Both the position numbers and the translations under genes were made by a program. Below the pieces are notes generated by a model, which ran no database searches, was not told where the DNA came from, and saw only the letters and a program-made list of their open reading frames with translations. A DNA stretch of 64,000 nucleotides from Mobula hypostoma (Eukaryota): the NCBI RefSeq assembly GCF_963921235.1, contig NC_086108.1:65412001-65476000 (forward strand), in the 5' to 3' direction. Positions within the stretch are counted from its first letter, which is position 1; each line of letters opens with the position of its first letter. Shown in pieces: positions 13,578 to 24,901 of the stretch.

Positions 13578-13654
13578 GTACAGGACCTGCTGCAACACAT
13601 GAAGAATTAAAGAGCAAATGGGAAAATCGTTTGGGGGCAGAGTATGAAGTGATG
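13578..13654 (+). CDS. PATJ: PATJ exon
   Basis: attttag|...GTGATG|gtatga; 77 nt, phase 1->0. (G)TGPAATHEELKSKWENRLGAEYEVM resembles recalled human ENELKSRWENLLGPDYEVM. Confidence 0.92.
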
Positions 13655-14488
13655 GTATGATTTTCTAATTCCAGTTTTGCTGATAAAAACTGAGGATAAA
13701 AAAAAAATCAAGGAATGGTATTCATCAATCCATACTTAAATTTTATTTGCATGGAGAGAGTAAAATGTAGTTTTCATTTCCAAATTAAAAGAAATTACTG
13801 AAGTAAATAATGTTCTTTTTTTTGCATTGAGTACTCCTGACAGTACAAATAGCTTCCTTAGAAATTTAATAGGATTAATGAAATGTATTTCTGAACTATT
13901 TAGCATGGTTATGTAATTATAATAATGCAGTTTGTCACATTTTACAGATGCATTGAAATTTATGATGGACTTGATACATATTTATCTGTTATGTTTATTT
14001 GTGGATGAAATGGTGATGTTTAAATGTAGTTTGTAAGTGGGAAATAATTGTAGGTGAAAAGATTTCATATGCAGCTACTTCTATTGCATTTGTTAATATT
14101 TGTAGGGTATCTTTCTAAATTACCCAATCGAAAAGTACATTTTATGCTTGTCAGGTAGCCCATCAGTGTCAGCAGATTTTCTTGATCTAGTTGCGATATG
14201 TTTTTTTGAACTTCTACTTCATTTGTTGCTTTAAACATATTCTTTCTGAATGCTTTGCATCATGCAACAACCAAATTAATTGTTTTGATGATATCTCTGA
14301 GATATCTATGCTCACCGTTTGCTTCCTGTGGTGATTTGAGTTTTCTTTGCCCTCAATTCATCATCCTTCTCTCTTGCTGCAGTATATTTTGCCAAGTAGA
14401 CTCTGGTACCAACGTTCATTGTCATTCATTTGCTTCTGCCATCTCTTAATCTGCCTTCTGAAGATTAAAAAACATTAATCAGAAGAAG

Positions 14489-14811
14489 ATAGAAACATAG
14501 AAAATAGAAAAATAGAAAATAGGTGCAGGAGTAGGCCATTCGGCCCTTCGAGCCTGCACAGCCATTCAGTATGATCATGGCTGATTATCCAACTCAGAAC
14601 CCTGTACCTGCCTTCTCTCCATACTCCCTGATCCCTTTAGCCACAAGGGCCATATCTAACTCCCTCTTAAATATAGCCAATGAACTGGCCTCAACTGTTT
14701 TCTGTGGCAGAGAATTCCACAGATTCACCACTCTCTGTGTGAAGAAGTTTTTCCTAATCTCGGTCCTAAAAGGCTTCCCCTTTATCCTCAAACTGTGACC
14801 CCTCGTTCTGG
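14489..14811 (-). mobile_element. Young CR1 3' end
   Basis: RTRGHSLRIKGKPFRTEIRKNFFTQRVVNLWNSLP; (atagaaa)n tail. Confidence 0.9.
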
Positions 14812-15199
14812 ATATTAGAATATTATAAGATATTAGAAACAAAGTGTTTTTCAAGAAGATGTCAAGATTTTTATTTTCTTGTTGAGGAACAGAGATCATA
14901 CTAAATGCTTTGACGTGGAGAGATAGTGTCATAGGATAGGAACTCACTCAACAAATCAAATAATTGCAACATTGTGGAGTACCTTCCTTCTCTCCAAACA
15001 GAGCCCAACAATATATTTCATAACAGTTGAGAAAGTTTTCTCCATTCTAAAAATAAAGATTCTTAATTTTCTATGTTTCTATATTGCCTCTGTTAATTTA
15101 TGATCAGGATGTTAAACTGTATCATTAGAAACCATCAGATAGTTGAGTGAAACATGTGTTACATTCACTTCAATTCTCTTATTCCTTATTTGTAATCAG

Positions 15200-15256
15200 G
15201 TGCTTAATGTGGATTCTCGGATCTGTGATGATGAAGATATGCTGAAATATTTGAAG
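15200..15256 (+). CDS. PATJ: PATJ exon, start of PDZ4 region
   Basis: taatcag|...TTGAAG|gtaaca; 57 nt. VLNVDSRICDDEDMLKYLK resembles recalled human PATJ VATLDTQIADDAELQKYSK. This segment distinguishes PATJ from its paralogue MPDZ. Confidence 0.9.
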
Positions 15257-16339
15257 GTAACACAATACAGTGATTATAATGAGTGGGACTTCATTTGTTT
15301 CTAGGTTGGGGCTGGCAGCAGAATGTTAATTATTCTGGTGTGTTAGTTTGGCATAGCAGTGAAGTTTTTAGCTCTGTGTCACCACTTCTGTTACTTATTT
15401 TTTAAATTTTCTTAAGTGCCTGCAATGCTTCCACTGTTACCAGTGTTATTGTTTGTGAAGGGGTCATTGAGATGTTATTCCTTTTTTCCCTTGGCAATTT
15501 TTACTGAAATTATGAAATAGGATGAGTAAAATCTGGTTTAGAATGTTTTCTCTGCTGTTTGTAATTCAGAACATATGAACAGAATTGGGCCAATCAGTTC
15601 TTTATGCCTGTTTAACTATATAGTTGAACCAAGGTTGGTCTGTGTCTCAACTTATCTATTCTCTTGGTCAACACAAATCTGAGGATCATAGAAAGAGGGG
15701 AGAGATGTGGAGCAGGTAGAAAGTGCAATGTCTACTTTTCCATTTTTAATCCAAGCAAACACTTCATGATTTTACTCCTAAATAATCTCTTCCTAATTTT
15801 AAGACAATACTTATTTGTTCTCCATCTCCAACCAAAGAAATTGAATCCTATTGTCATTTTTATGCCAAAGTAGGGTGTTTGGTCAATCCCTGTCTCTCTG
15901 AGTTTTTCTGTGCTTCAAATATTATTTTTGTAATTTTTACTTAAATGCCGCAGTAACCTCTGCCTCAGGTTTCAGTGGTGAAGAACTCTGAACTCCAAAA
16001 TAAATTTTAATTTAAATCTCAACAAACTGTTCACTTTACAGCTCATGGTACAACAATCTTGCCAGTGAGAAGGATCCATTCTGGTAAAAGGTTTCATTAG
16101 TTGGGTAGCCAGTTTAAGCCTGCCCACTAAAAGCGGATAAACAATCTGACATCAGTAGAATCAAATCCTTAGATTCAGCCAGATGTGTTTCTGAACGTTT
16201 CAATAACACTCAAGCAAAAAATGAAACAAATATAATGTTAAAACTTAAAAATTTTAAACTGATAAAAATATTTAATAACATTCACTGTAACAGAAAAAAA
16301 ACAAGAATGCTGAAAAAATTGTTGTTTACAAGAAGTGTA

Positions 16340-18300
16340 GTTTCTTGCCTAATCCCTTGCAGTCATTCCCTGCCATTCAAATCATTATAGAAATCTTCAC
16401 CTCTTCTGACCTTGCACAAGGACTTTGAGGAAAGTCTCATTGTTAGTCATGGGATGATCACTATAATTACATGATCCCTCTTCAAATTCCCAGCTTGGAG
16501 CGGAACTTAACGCCAAGCTGCAAGCTACTAAAAGCACCTTCAGGATTTCCATGTTCACTTCATATGCAGTACTAAAAATTGTGTGGATTCATTTTAGTGA
16601 ATGCTGACAGTTTTATCTTCAGTATCTCACAGATAAATGTTATGATGATTAAACATAGCAGATCATGACAGCAAATCCAGATCGGAGTACATGTTTAACT
16701 ATCCAATAATGATCTCTGTTCTCGTGTCTTTTGGAGTTATAGCAGGTGCTTCGAAACACTGTTGAGGTGAACACCAATGTGTTTTTCCACAAAATTCTCC
16801 AAATGCACTATTAGGTGTGTGAATAAGCATCATCCTCCCCTGTGATGTTATCGGGTTTGCCGATGGCGAAGTTCTAAACTCAAACGAAGATCTTAAGTCC
16901 TATCCAATTTATGGGTACCTTCACTAAAGGGAGGTTGTACTGTAACTGTCCAATCTTCAAAGATTAGTTCACTTCCCTGTTTATCCCCCACGGTGAGGTT
17001 AATTGCCAATATCCATTATTTGAGTGGTGGGTCCCCCCCCCCTTATGAAAGGGGAGATAGTTCCAGCTAACAAAGTAATTTAAACACAGTTCAGTTATTT
17101 TCAGATTCAAATAACATTCTTAAAGCACATTTAAAACTCACAGAAAATTTCTATTTTAAAAAACATTTCCAAATTCTAAAACATACAGGAATCCAAAAAC
17201 ACAGCTGCATTTTCTATAAGCCATACCCACAAGCTGCGGATGAACCAGTCATCAGTCACAGAAACTGAAGGCAGAGGAATGTATCTAGTTCACCCAGTAT
17301 TTCTGTCATTCTTCTTGGTGTTTCTGGGCCATTCCTAGAAAGCCTGAACTGCTCTCTACAAATACACTGTTTCTCTGCCACTTGGGTAACTTCGCACATG
17401 TGTGATATTTTCTTGGATACATTTCAACGCAAATGGTCTAAAAGCTTCTAGAGGCAGAGATCACAGGCACCCACAATTAATGCTGCGAAGCTGCCTCCCT
17501 GAAGTGTACAAACCTTCCAACTACCAAAGGATCAGCTATTTGATGTGATAAATATCAAGCTTCCTTGAACAACTTAGCCAGTGTTGTCTAGATTGATACA
17601 AGCTCAATTAAATAATTCATTGTCTTATACTGCTCCTTATGAGCAATAAGCCCAGGTGCTGTGGGCCAGCTTCCCATTCCCTATAGATAGTGCTTGTTTG
17701 CAAAGCTGTCTTTATAACATCAAAAGGTCGGGGGGGGGGGTTAGATTTAAAAAAAAAGAAAAAGGAAAAAATATAACATCAAAATGATTATACTGCTTGG
17801 CATTTACATGAAGAACTGAAGATTTGCTCCTGTTTATGACAAGAAGCTAAACAAAGAATATTGGTTGGAAATTTAACTTACTCAAAAACAATGATGTTTA
17901 GAAGCTCATAGCTGTTGTATTTATAAAGCAGAGCTTGACAAAAAAAGCACAAGGCTTCCTTTCCCACGACAATGAATATTTGTCACATTTGTAGGTCAGC
18001 ACCCCCAACATAAAGCCTCCAATGGTAGGGCCACATTCCTGATGCAGACATTCTTCTTCAAGCTCCATTATGGCAGAAGTTTACCAGGAAGGCAGAAGAA
18101 ATGCTTCAATAATGTTTCAAATTCCCCCCTTAAAAAATGTAACATCTCCGTCAACCCATCGGAATCTGGCAGAGAAGGGTCAAACTTTGTCTCAGAACCC
18201 ATATGAAAGCCATTCTTGACACCAAGGGGTAGTGAAAGGAAAAGCAGATTATTGCTTCCCAAGGTATCGTGAGCACGAATTATCTATAAAAATCAGAGAA
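16340..18300 (-). mobile_element. Highly eroded Ty3/Gypsy pol fossil with integrase upstream of RT (Gmr1-like)
   Basis: Minus-strand peptide remnants in order: LGSN..LGVK..PDSDGLTE (INT core), IRNV..GC*P..KGSLVL, NYLIE..YHIK*LILW (INT C-terminus), KLDRT*DLRLSLELR..DAY, IFSTAYEVNMEILKVL..WEFEEGSCNYSDH (RT). Confidence 0.5.
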
Positions 18301-19255
18301 AAATTGAAAGTAAAGTATTTCTTCTTTGCTGAATTGCAGAGCCTTTCAGTCTGCCAGCAAAACTGACAAGGATTGCTCTCAGAGAGGGATACAGACAGAA
18401 TGAGTGAATGGATCCTTCTGTGGCTGTAATGAAATAGTTATTCTACATAGAATATTTTATTGAAAAAATTGCAGTTAGGATTATTGTGCTAGTCTGGAAC
18501 AATGAACTGATGATGTCAAATGGTTGAGCCGAAAACTGACAAAACTGATTGTTGTGAAGACTAAAGTGCCATTAAGATCACAACAACTATCTGAGTAAAT
18601 GAACAATGATTTTCCATTAGGAAAACAGTATGTTTCCATACAAATCTTTTTTCGTTTACATCATTATTTAATTGTATTATTATTACAATCATTTTAAGTA
18701 AGTGGTTCAAAACCAAAAGTTTGACTACATTCAGTTACAATATGTTTTTTTAATTGCAATTTCTACTCGGAAAAGAGGGGGGATTTACGTAATGGTGTTC
18801 ATTCCAAAGTGCTTAGCAGCTAATGAGAAAGGTCTGCAAACAGAGATTAAACAAATAAGGTACGTATATTTCAAATAGAATTAAAAGAATACATTCAAAT
18901 GCAATTAGAAGAATTAATATAAACTTGGATTCTTCAAAATGTCATGAGGGAGCTGTTATTTCCACCTTGTTAGCAGAATTGGTCTTTAATTAACATTGTC
19001 TCTGAAAGTCCTTGCAACCGTCCCTCAATACTGTAGTGTAGTTTGACTGATATTATGAACATAAGCTTCTATGGTAAGGCCTCCATCTGCTTGGCGAGAT
19101 TTCAACCCTAAATCAAAGTTGAAACATATATTGTTCTGTGGCTTCAGGTGTTCATATTGTTTATCAGCAGAAGGTGGTGCAAAAGAGATTGTTTTAAAGT
19201 AACTGGATGAACAAAGATAATTTTGCAATCAACCTTTTTTTCCGTTTAAACTTAG

Positions 19256-19390
19256 CTGTTACCAGCTCATACATTGAATCTTGGCGTGGAGCTGGACTCA
19301 TTTGATAGTCATCATTACATATCATCAATTGTGCCTGATGGACCAATCGGCCAATCTGGATTATTACAAGTACAAGATGAAATTTTAGAG
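19256..19390 (+). CDS. PATJ: PATJ exon, PDZ4
   Basis: cttag|...TTAGAG|gtatac; 135 nt. [45 protein letters not shown] resembles recalled human [30 protein letters not shown]... Confidence 0.95.
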
Positions 19391-19429
19391 GTATACCTTT
19401 ACTACAAACAATATTCATTACAATTTAAA

Positions 19430-19688
19430 ATTTATTTTTATTTAGAGATGTAGCATGGTAGCAAGCCATTCTGGCTGAAAGAGCATGAGCCAACCCATTG
19501 CACCTATGTTTCCAATTAACCTTCTAAGCCGTACATCTTTGGAATGTGAGAGGAAGCTGGAGCACCAGAATGAAACCCCGTAGTTAGAGGGAGAACGTGC
19601 AAGCTCCTTACAGACAGTGGTGGAATTGAATCCAGGTCATTAGTGCTGTAATAGCGTTACGCAAACTGTCACACTACAGGAGGCGCCC
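19430..19688 (-). mobile_element. V-SINE-like element
   Basis: tctttggaatgtgagaggaagctggagcacc...gaaaccc V-domain-like core; degenerate tRNA head at the right end. Confidence 0.65.
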
Positions 19689-19829
19689 ATCCATCACTAT
19701 TTTGGTTAAAATTAAACCTCCTTTTTGGACAAGTTTATTTTCTCATATAACAAGAACATGGGAATGGGATTAAGTAATCATTATAAAATAATTTTATGAT
19801 TTCATGTTTCTTAGCTTTTGAGGATGCTG

Positions 19830-20600
19830 GAGCATAGAACAGTGCAGTTCAGGAATGGTCCCTTAGGGCCATAATGTTGTGCTGAACTAGTTAAACTAAT
19901 AATTGAAAGCCAAACTAAACTAGTACCTTCTGCCTACACAAGTCCATATCACTCCATTCTCTGCATTTTCATCTACGTATCTAAGAGCTTCTTAACCTTC
20001 TTTATTAAATGTGTCTATTCTGTCACCCCAGCAGCATTTCCCAGGCACTCATCACTCTGTGTAAAAAAAAAAATAACAACAACAACTTGCCTCTCATATC
20101 TCATTTGAACTATCCTCCTGTCGTATTAAATGCCACCCTTTTCTAACCTTAGACTTGTTGACACTGGGAAACAGATACCAGATGTCGACTTAATCAGTGC
20201 CCATCATAATCTTATTTCAGGTCTTCCCTCAGCCTCCACCACTCCATTAAAAAAAACAACTTTAGTTTCTGCCTCTCGTTCAGGCAGCATCTTTGAAAGC
20301 CTCCACATCCTCTTATAATGCGGCAACCAGAACTGAATGTGGCCTGACCAGAGTTTTATAAAGCTGCAACATAACTTTGTGACTATTGAACTTGATGGCT
20401 CAACTAATAAAGGCAAGCTTGGGAAATGCCTTGACTAGTAAAGCCACTTTTAGGGAGCTGTGAACTTGGAACCCAAGATCCTTCTGCACATTATCACTGT
20501 TAAGAGTTCTGTTATTAACTGTGTGCTGTGTGCATTGAATTGCCCATAGTGCAATACCTCACACTAGGCCAGATTAAACTCCATCTGCCTTTTATTTGCC
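19830..20600 (-). mobile_element. Degraded CR1 3' fragment
   Basis: IQFWLPHYKR remnant; CR1-type 3'UTR. Confidence 0.7.
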
Positions 20601-20609
20601 TATAGATAA

Positions 20610-21132
20610 CCCCCTGTACCTAATAGTGTGGCCAATTAGTGTATGTTCATGGTCTTCTGGTGCTGTAGCCCTTTCACTTCAAGGTTTGCCATGTTGTGTG
20701 TTCAGAGATGCTGTTCTACCCTCCAGTATTGTAACGAGTGGTTATCTGAGTTATTGTCACCTTCTTGTCAGCTTGAACCAGTCTTGACATTCTCCTTAAC
20801 GAGGCATTTTTGCCCACGGAATTACTGCTCACTGGATGACTGCTGTTTTTCATACCGTTCTCTGTAAACTCTTTAGATGTTGTGCATGAAAATCCTAGGA
20901 AATCAGCAGTTTCTGAGATACTCAAACCACCCCACCTGGCACCAACAATTTGCCACAGTCATAGTTATTGATCACATTTCTTCCCCATTCTGATGCTTGG
21001 TCTGAACAGCAACAGAACCTCTTGACCATGTATGCATACATTTATGCATTGAGCTGTTGCCACATGATTGCCTAATTAGCTATTTTTAATTAACAAGTGT
21101 ACAGGAGTACCTAATAAAGTGGCCACTGAGTG
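20610..21132 (-). mobile_element. Tc1-like DNA transposon remnant
   Basis: Transposase HTH remnant SISETADFLGFS...RLVQADKKVTITQITTRYN; terminus cactcagtggccactttattaggtac with an internal direct-repeat copy at ~20615. Confidence 0.8.
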
Positions 21133-21160
21133 AGTGTGTGTGTGTGTATGTATATGCATA

Positions 21161-21231
21161 TACAGTACTGTGAAAAAGTCTTGGGTACATATATGTAGCC
21201 AAGTTGCCTAAGACATTTGCACAGTACTGTA
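21161..21231. mobile_element. 71-bp Tc1-type mini-MITE
   Basis: TA-cagtactgtgaaaaagtcttggg ... cctaagacatttgcacagtactg-TA inverted ends. Confidence 0.6.
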
Positions 21232-21954
21232 TTTGTCAACGTGAAGCAGAGATTAAGTTTGTAAATCTGCTGGGAGCAAATGATTTTGGGAATGGTGAGG
21301 GTGAGGCACTGTGAATGGAGGGGGGTGGGGGTGTAACCAGGCAAGGTAATTTGATTCCAAACAATTGGTTTATTGATCATTATAGAATGTCTTTCTGGTG
21401 CTTTCCACTCCCTTCCCTCTTCCTTCCCCTTCTCCAAGGATCCCTTATCTTGCCATTTGGCATACTTCATGTTCACATTCTTAATGTTCACATTCTTAAA
21501 TCAGAGGGTCTTACAATAATAAGTAGAACTGATTTCAGATTTTTGTGCTCTACTCATTATGATGCAGTTTGGCACCTGTTTAAGGTATTATTTTGACTTT
21601 TTCTCATGTTTGCCTTTTATTTTTGGTAAAGTTTATGGTGTGTAGTTAACTTTACTTGTATGTATGCAATTCACTTGACAGAATATATGTACATAGAGAA
21701 CTGTTGTGTGACTGATAGTGATGAGGACCTTGAGGTTGATTATTAAAAACAACTTAAATTCTGCTCTAAGTATTAACTGATGTAAAGGTGAATTTTGGCC
21801 AGTTACCATTTTATATTATTAATGAGTTATGGAGAGAAAAATTTAAAGAACATACAGTAAGCAAATTATGTAGGTAATTGAGGAGTATTAAGTGAAACAC
21901 TGCTGCAGTAGGAAAGTAGTTTATACAAATAAGGATGTACAAGAAATACTGCTC

Positions 21955-22795
21955 ATGCCTTCATTGATTGGCCTTATCTCAAACAATAACGAGGTGGCCT
22001 ACAGGGAAGAAGTCATCTCTCTGACATAGTGGTGTCAAGAAAACAACTTCTCCCTCAATGTCGCAAAAACAAAGGAGCTGGTTGTGGATTACAGGAGGAA
22101 TGGAGATGAGCTAACCCCTATTGACATCAATAGATCTGGGGTTGAGAGGGTTAACAGCTTCAAGATCCTCGGCATCCACATCACCGAGGACCTCGTGGTC
22201 TGTACACAGCGGATGTGTGGTGAAAACAGCACAACAGCGCCACTTTCACCTCAGATGGTTGAGGAGGTTTGGTATGGGCCCCCAAATCCTAAGAACTTTC
22301 TACAGGGGCACAATGGAGAGCATCCTGACTGGCAGTATCATTGCCTGATGTGGGAACTGTACCTCACTTAATCGCAGGACTCTGCAGAGAGTGGTGCGGA
22401 CAGCCCAGTGCATCTGTACTTGTGAGCTTCCCATGATTCAGGACATTTACAAGGACAGGTGTGTAAGAAGGGCCCGTAGGATCATTGGGGACCCAAGCCA
22501 TCTCAACCACAATCTATTCCAGCTGCTACCATCCGGGAAGTGGTACCGCAGCATAAAAGCCAGGACCAACAGGCTGTGGGACAGCTTCTTCCACCAGGCC
22601 ATCAGACTGATGAACTCACGCTGATTTAAGAGTACCCTATATTACATTGACTGTCCTATTTATTATATATTATTATAAATCACTATGATAGCACATTGCA
22701 CATTTAGATGGAGACGTAACAAAGATTTTTACTCCTCATGTATGTGAAGGATGTAAGAAATAAAGTCAATTCAGTTCAATTCAATTCAATTAATT
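21955..22795 (+). mobile_element. Rex1/Babar LINE 3' fragment
   Basis: SFKILGIHITEDL, FYRGTMESILTGSI, LFQLLPSGKWYRSIKARTNRLWDSFFHQAIRLMN; (caatt)n tail. Confidence 0.88.
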
Positions 22796-23050
22796 TCAAT
22801 GACCGTGTCCTGTAAGTGGGTTTAAAACAAAAGTTCTGGACCAGGTACCTAAATAAAAATTTCAGGTAATACATTCAGCCTCCTAAAGGGTTTAGTGAGC
22901 TACACCTCCACACAAGGCATTCAAAAATAGAAAATGCATTATGATATAGGAATTTATGCAAGTAGAACATCCAAATTAACTTTTTTAAATTCTGGATAAT
23001 AATTGTTTAAAACACCTTGGAGTAACCCTAATATTCACATTCTTTTTCAG

Positions 23051-23212
23051 GTGAATGGAAAGGAGTTGTATGGAAATTCATGCCGGGATGTAGTTTTATT
23101 TCTGAAAGACATGTCACCTCCATTTACTGTGGTCTGTTGTCGGCGACTGTTTGAAGAGGGAAATGAAATGCCTGTAGATGAATTCATTGCCATGGCAAAT
23201 GAAGCTTCTCAG
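23051..23212 (+). CDS. PATJ: PATJ exon, end of PDZ4
   Basis: tctttttcag|...TCTCAG|gtagag; 162 nt. [54 protein letters not shown] contains the PPFTxVCCRR motif. Confidence 0.93.
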
Positions 23213-24251
23213 GTAGAGTTTGGGGAGTTAAAACGGAAATATACTATATGTTTTGATCTATGGAATTACTCCATACTAATTCTTAGCAATTGGTTGAGAT
23301 ATTTGGGAGCTGAGTCAAAATTTTCCCTGGTCATGGTATCCATCGAGCCCATTCATTCATATGTACTCAAATGGTCATCTCAACTGATAAGTACTTTTTC
23401 TTCATGCAGTTATTCTTGAAGGCAGAGCCAATATATTTGCTGCATGAAAATAGAGTACTCCATAGCGATGAAAGTTTATTTTCTGTTGTAAAATAATTGA
23501 GAGCTGCACTAACTCTTTAGCTATCATTGTGTGTTGCTGTATTATTTATGTTATGAATGTATGAAAGGATATATCTATCACAACAACATAAGGAGTAAAT
23601 ATTTATGTTAAAAATATTTGAGAGTAGTTATGATGTCTTAAATGAATAATCCAACTTCACTTTTCTTTTTTAAAATGCAATTGGTGCCTTCTCTGCTTTG
23701 TTATATTCCCCATAAACCCCTTTAGACTCTGCCACATCTAAATTCTAGGGGATCAGCTATTCTGGATTGGGTGTTGTGCAATCAACCAGAATTGGTTGGA
23801 GAGCGTAAGGTGAAAGAAACCTTAGGGGAAATGATCGAATTCGCACTGAAATTTGAGAAGGAGAAGCTAAAGTCGGATCTATCAGTATTACAGTGGAGTA
23901 AAGGGAATTACAAAGGCATGAGGGAGGACTTGGCCAGGATTGATTACAAAAGAACAGCAATGTCTGGAATTTCGGAAGGCAGATGATATATACATCACAA
24001 GGAGGAAGAAGTATTCTAAGTTAAGATAACACAACTGTGGCTAACAAGAGAAGACAAAGCCAGCATAAAATCCAAAGAGAGTGCATATAATAGACCAAAA
24101 ATTAGTGGGAAGTTTGAGGATTGGGAAGCTGCTTAAAAACCAACAGAAGGCAACTAAAAATGTCATAAAGAGGGAAAAGATGGAATACTGAAGTAAGCTA
24201 ACCAATAAGGTTCGTCCATTGTCATCGATGAAGACCTCGACACCATTAGTA

Positions 24252-24388
24252 CTTTTTTACAAGGTTGAGTTGCTAGCTTGACGCTCAACCCAGCATGGAT
24301 GGAAAGCGTGCAAGGGAGCCAGCCAGATTCGAACTTGGGACCTCTCGTCCTGAAGTCCAGTACTGATGCCACCACGCCACCAGCCGGC
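24252..24388 (-). mobile_element. tRNA-derived SINE
   Basis: Minus strand GCCGGCTGGTGGCGTGGTGG (A box) ... GTTCGAATC (B box) ... gtAAAAAA tail. Confidence 0.8.
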
Positions 24389-24718
24389 TGGGTGATGATG
24401 TCAAGACTAGCGCTTGATTTGGATTTAAGTGAGGGAGAGTTGCGCAGCGTTAGCCTCACCCTTTCTTCCCAATTCCCATCTGGATCCAGTGGCAAAGCAA
24501 GAGTTGATACGGCTGGAGATGGGACTAGGCTCAGTGGATGAGCAGGATGACTTCTGTATCTTGTCGTGCTCTACACGTTCCATGATGCTTGCAGAGACTG
24601 CCTTCTTGACTGTTGGACCTTCCATCGGTCTCGTCCGCTCAATCCACCGGAGTCTGTCTTCACATGCTGGGATGGACATCTCCCTATCTCACCGAGGGTT
24701 TGAGACCCGTCAACTACC

Positions 24719-24901
24719 CTCACCTGGTTAAGCTGGCTTGTCGAAGCTGTTGCCCGGGGTGAGGCCGCTGTTGCATGCAAACAGCTACAAGGAGCCGCAG
24801 GTGAGAGCTGAGTGTCAGGTGGGAACCAAAGGTGGACTGACCGCCTTGAAAAGGACGCAACATGTTCTCCCACCAGAGGTGCTGCCCCTCCCTGACACCC
24901 C
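24719..24901 (-). ncRNA. Candidate HDV-like self-cleaving ribozyme
   Basis: P1 GGGGUG:CACCCC, P2 CUCACCUG:CAGGUGAG, P3 CGG:CCU (1 mismatch), P1.1 CC:GG, P4 GCUU-cgac-AAGC, J4/2 GCUUAA; begins at the element's 5' end. Confidence 0.5.

Noticed and set aside
21468..21499. 15-bp tandem duplication atgttcacattctta, and GT/TA microsatellites
   Set aside because: Ordinary slippage products.
24310..24388. Functional tRNA gene (also 30070-30142 and 52495-52566)
   Set aside because: A and B boxes are present, but no complete cloverleaf was found, and each runs into a SINE body and tail.
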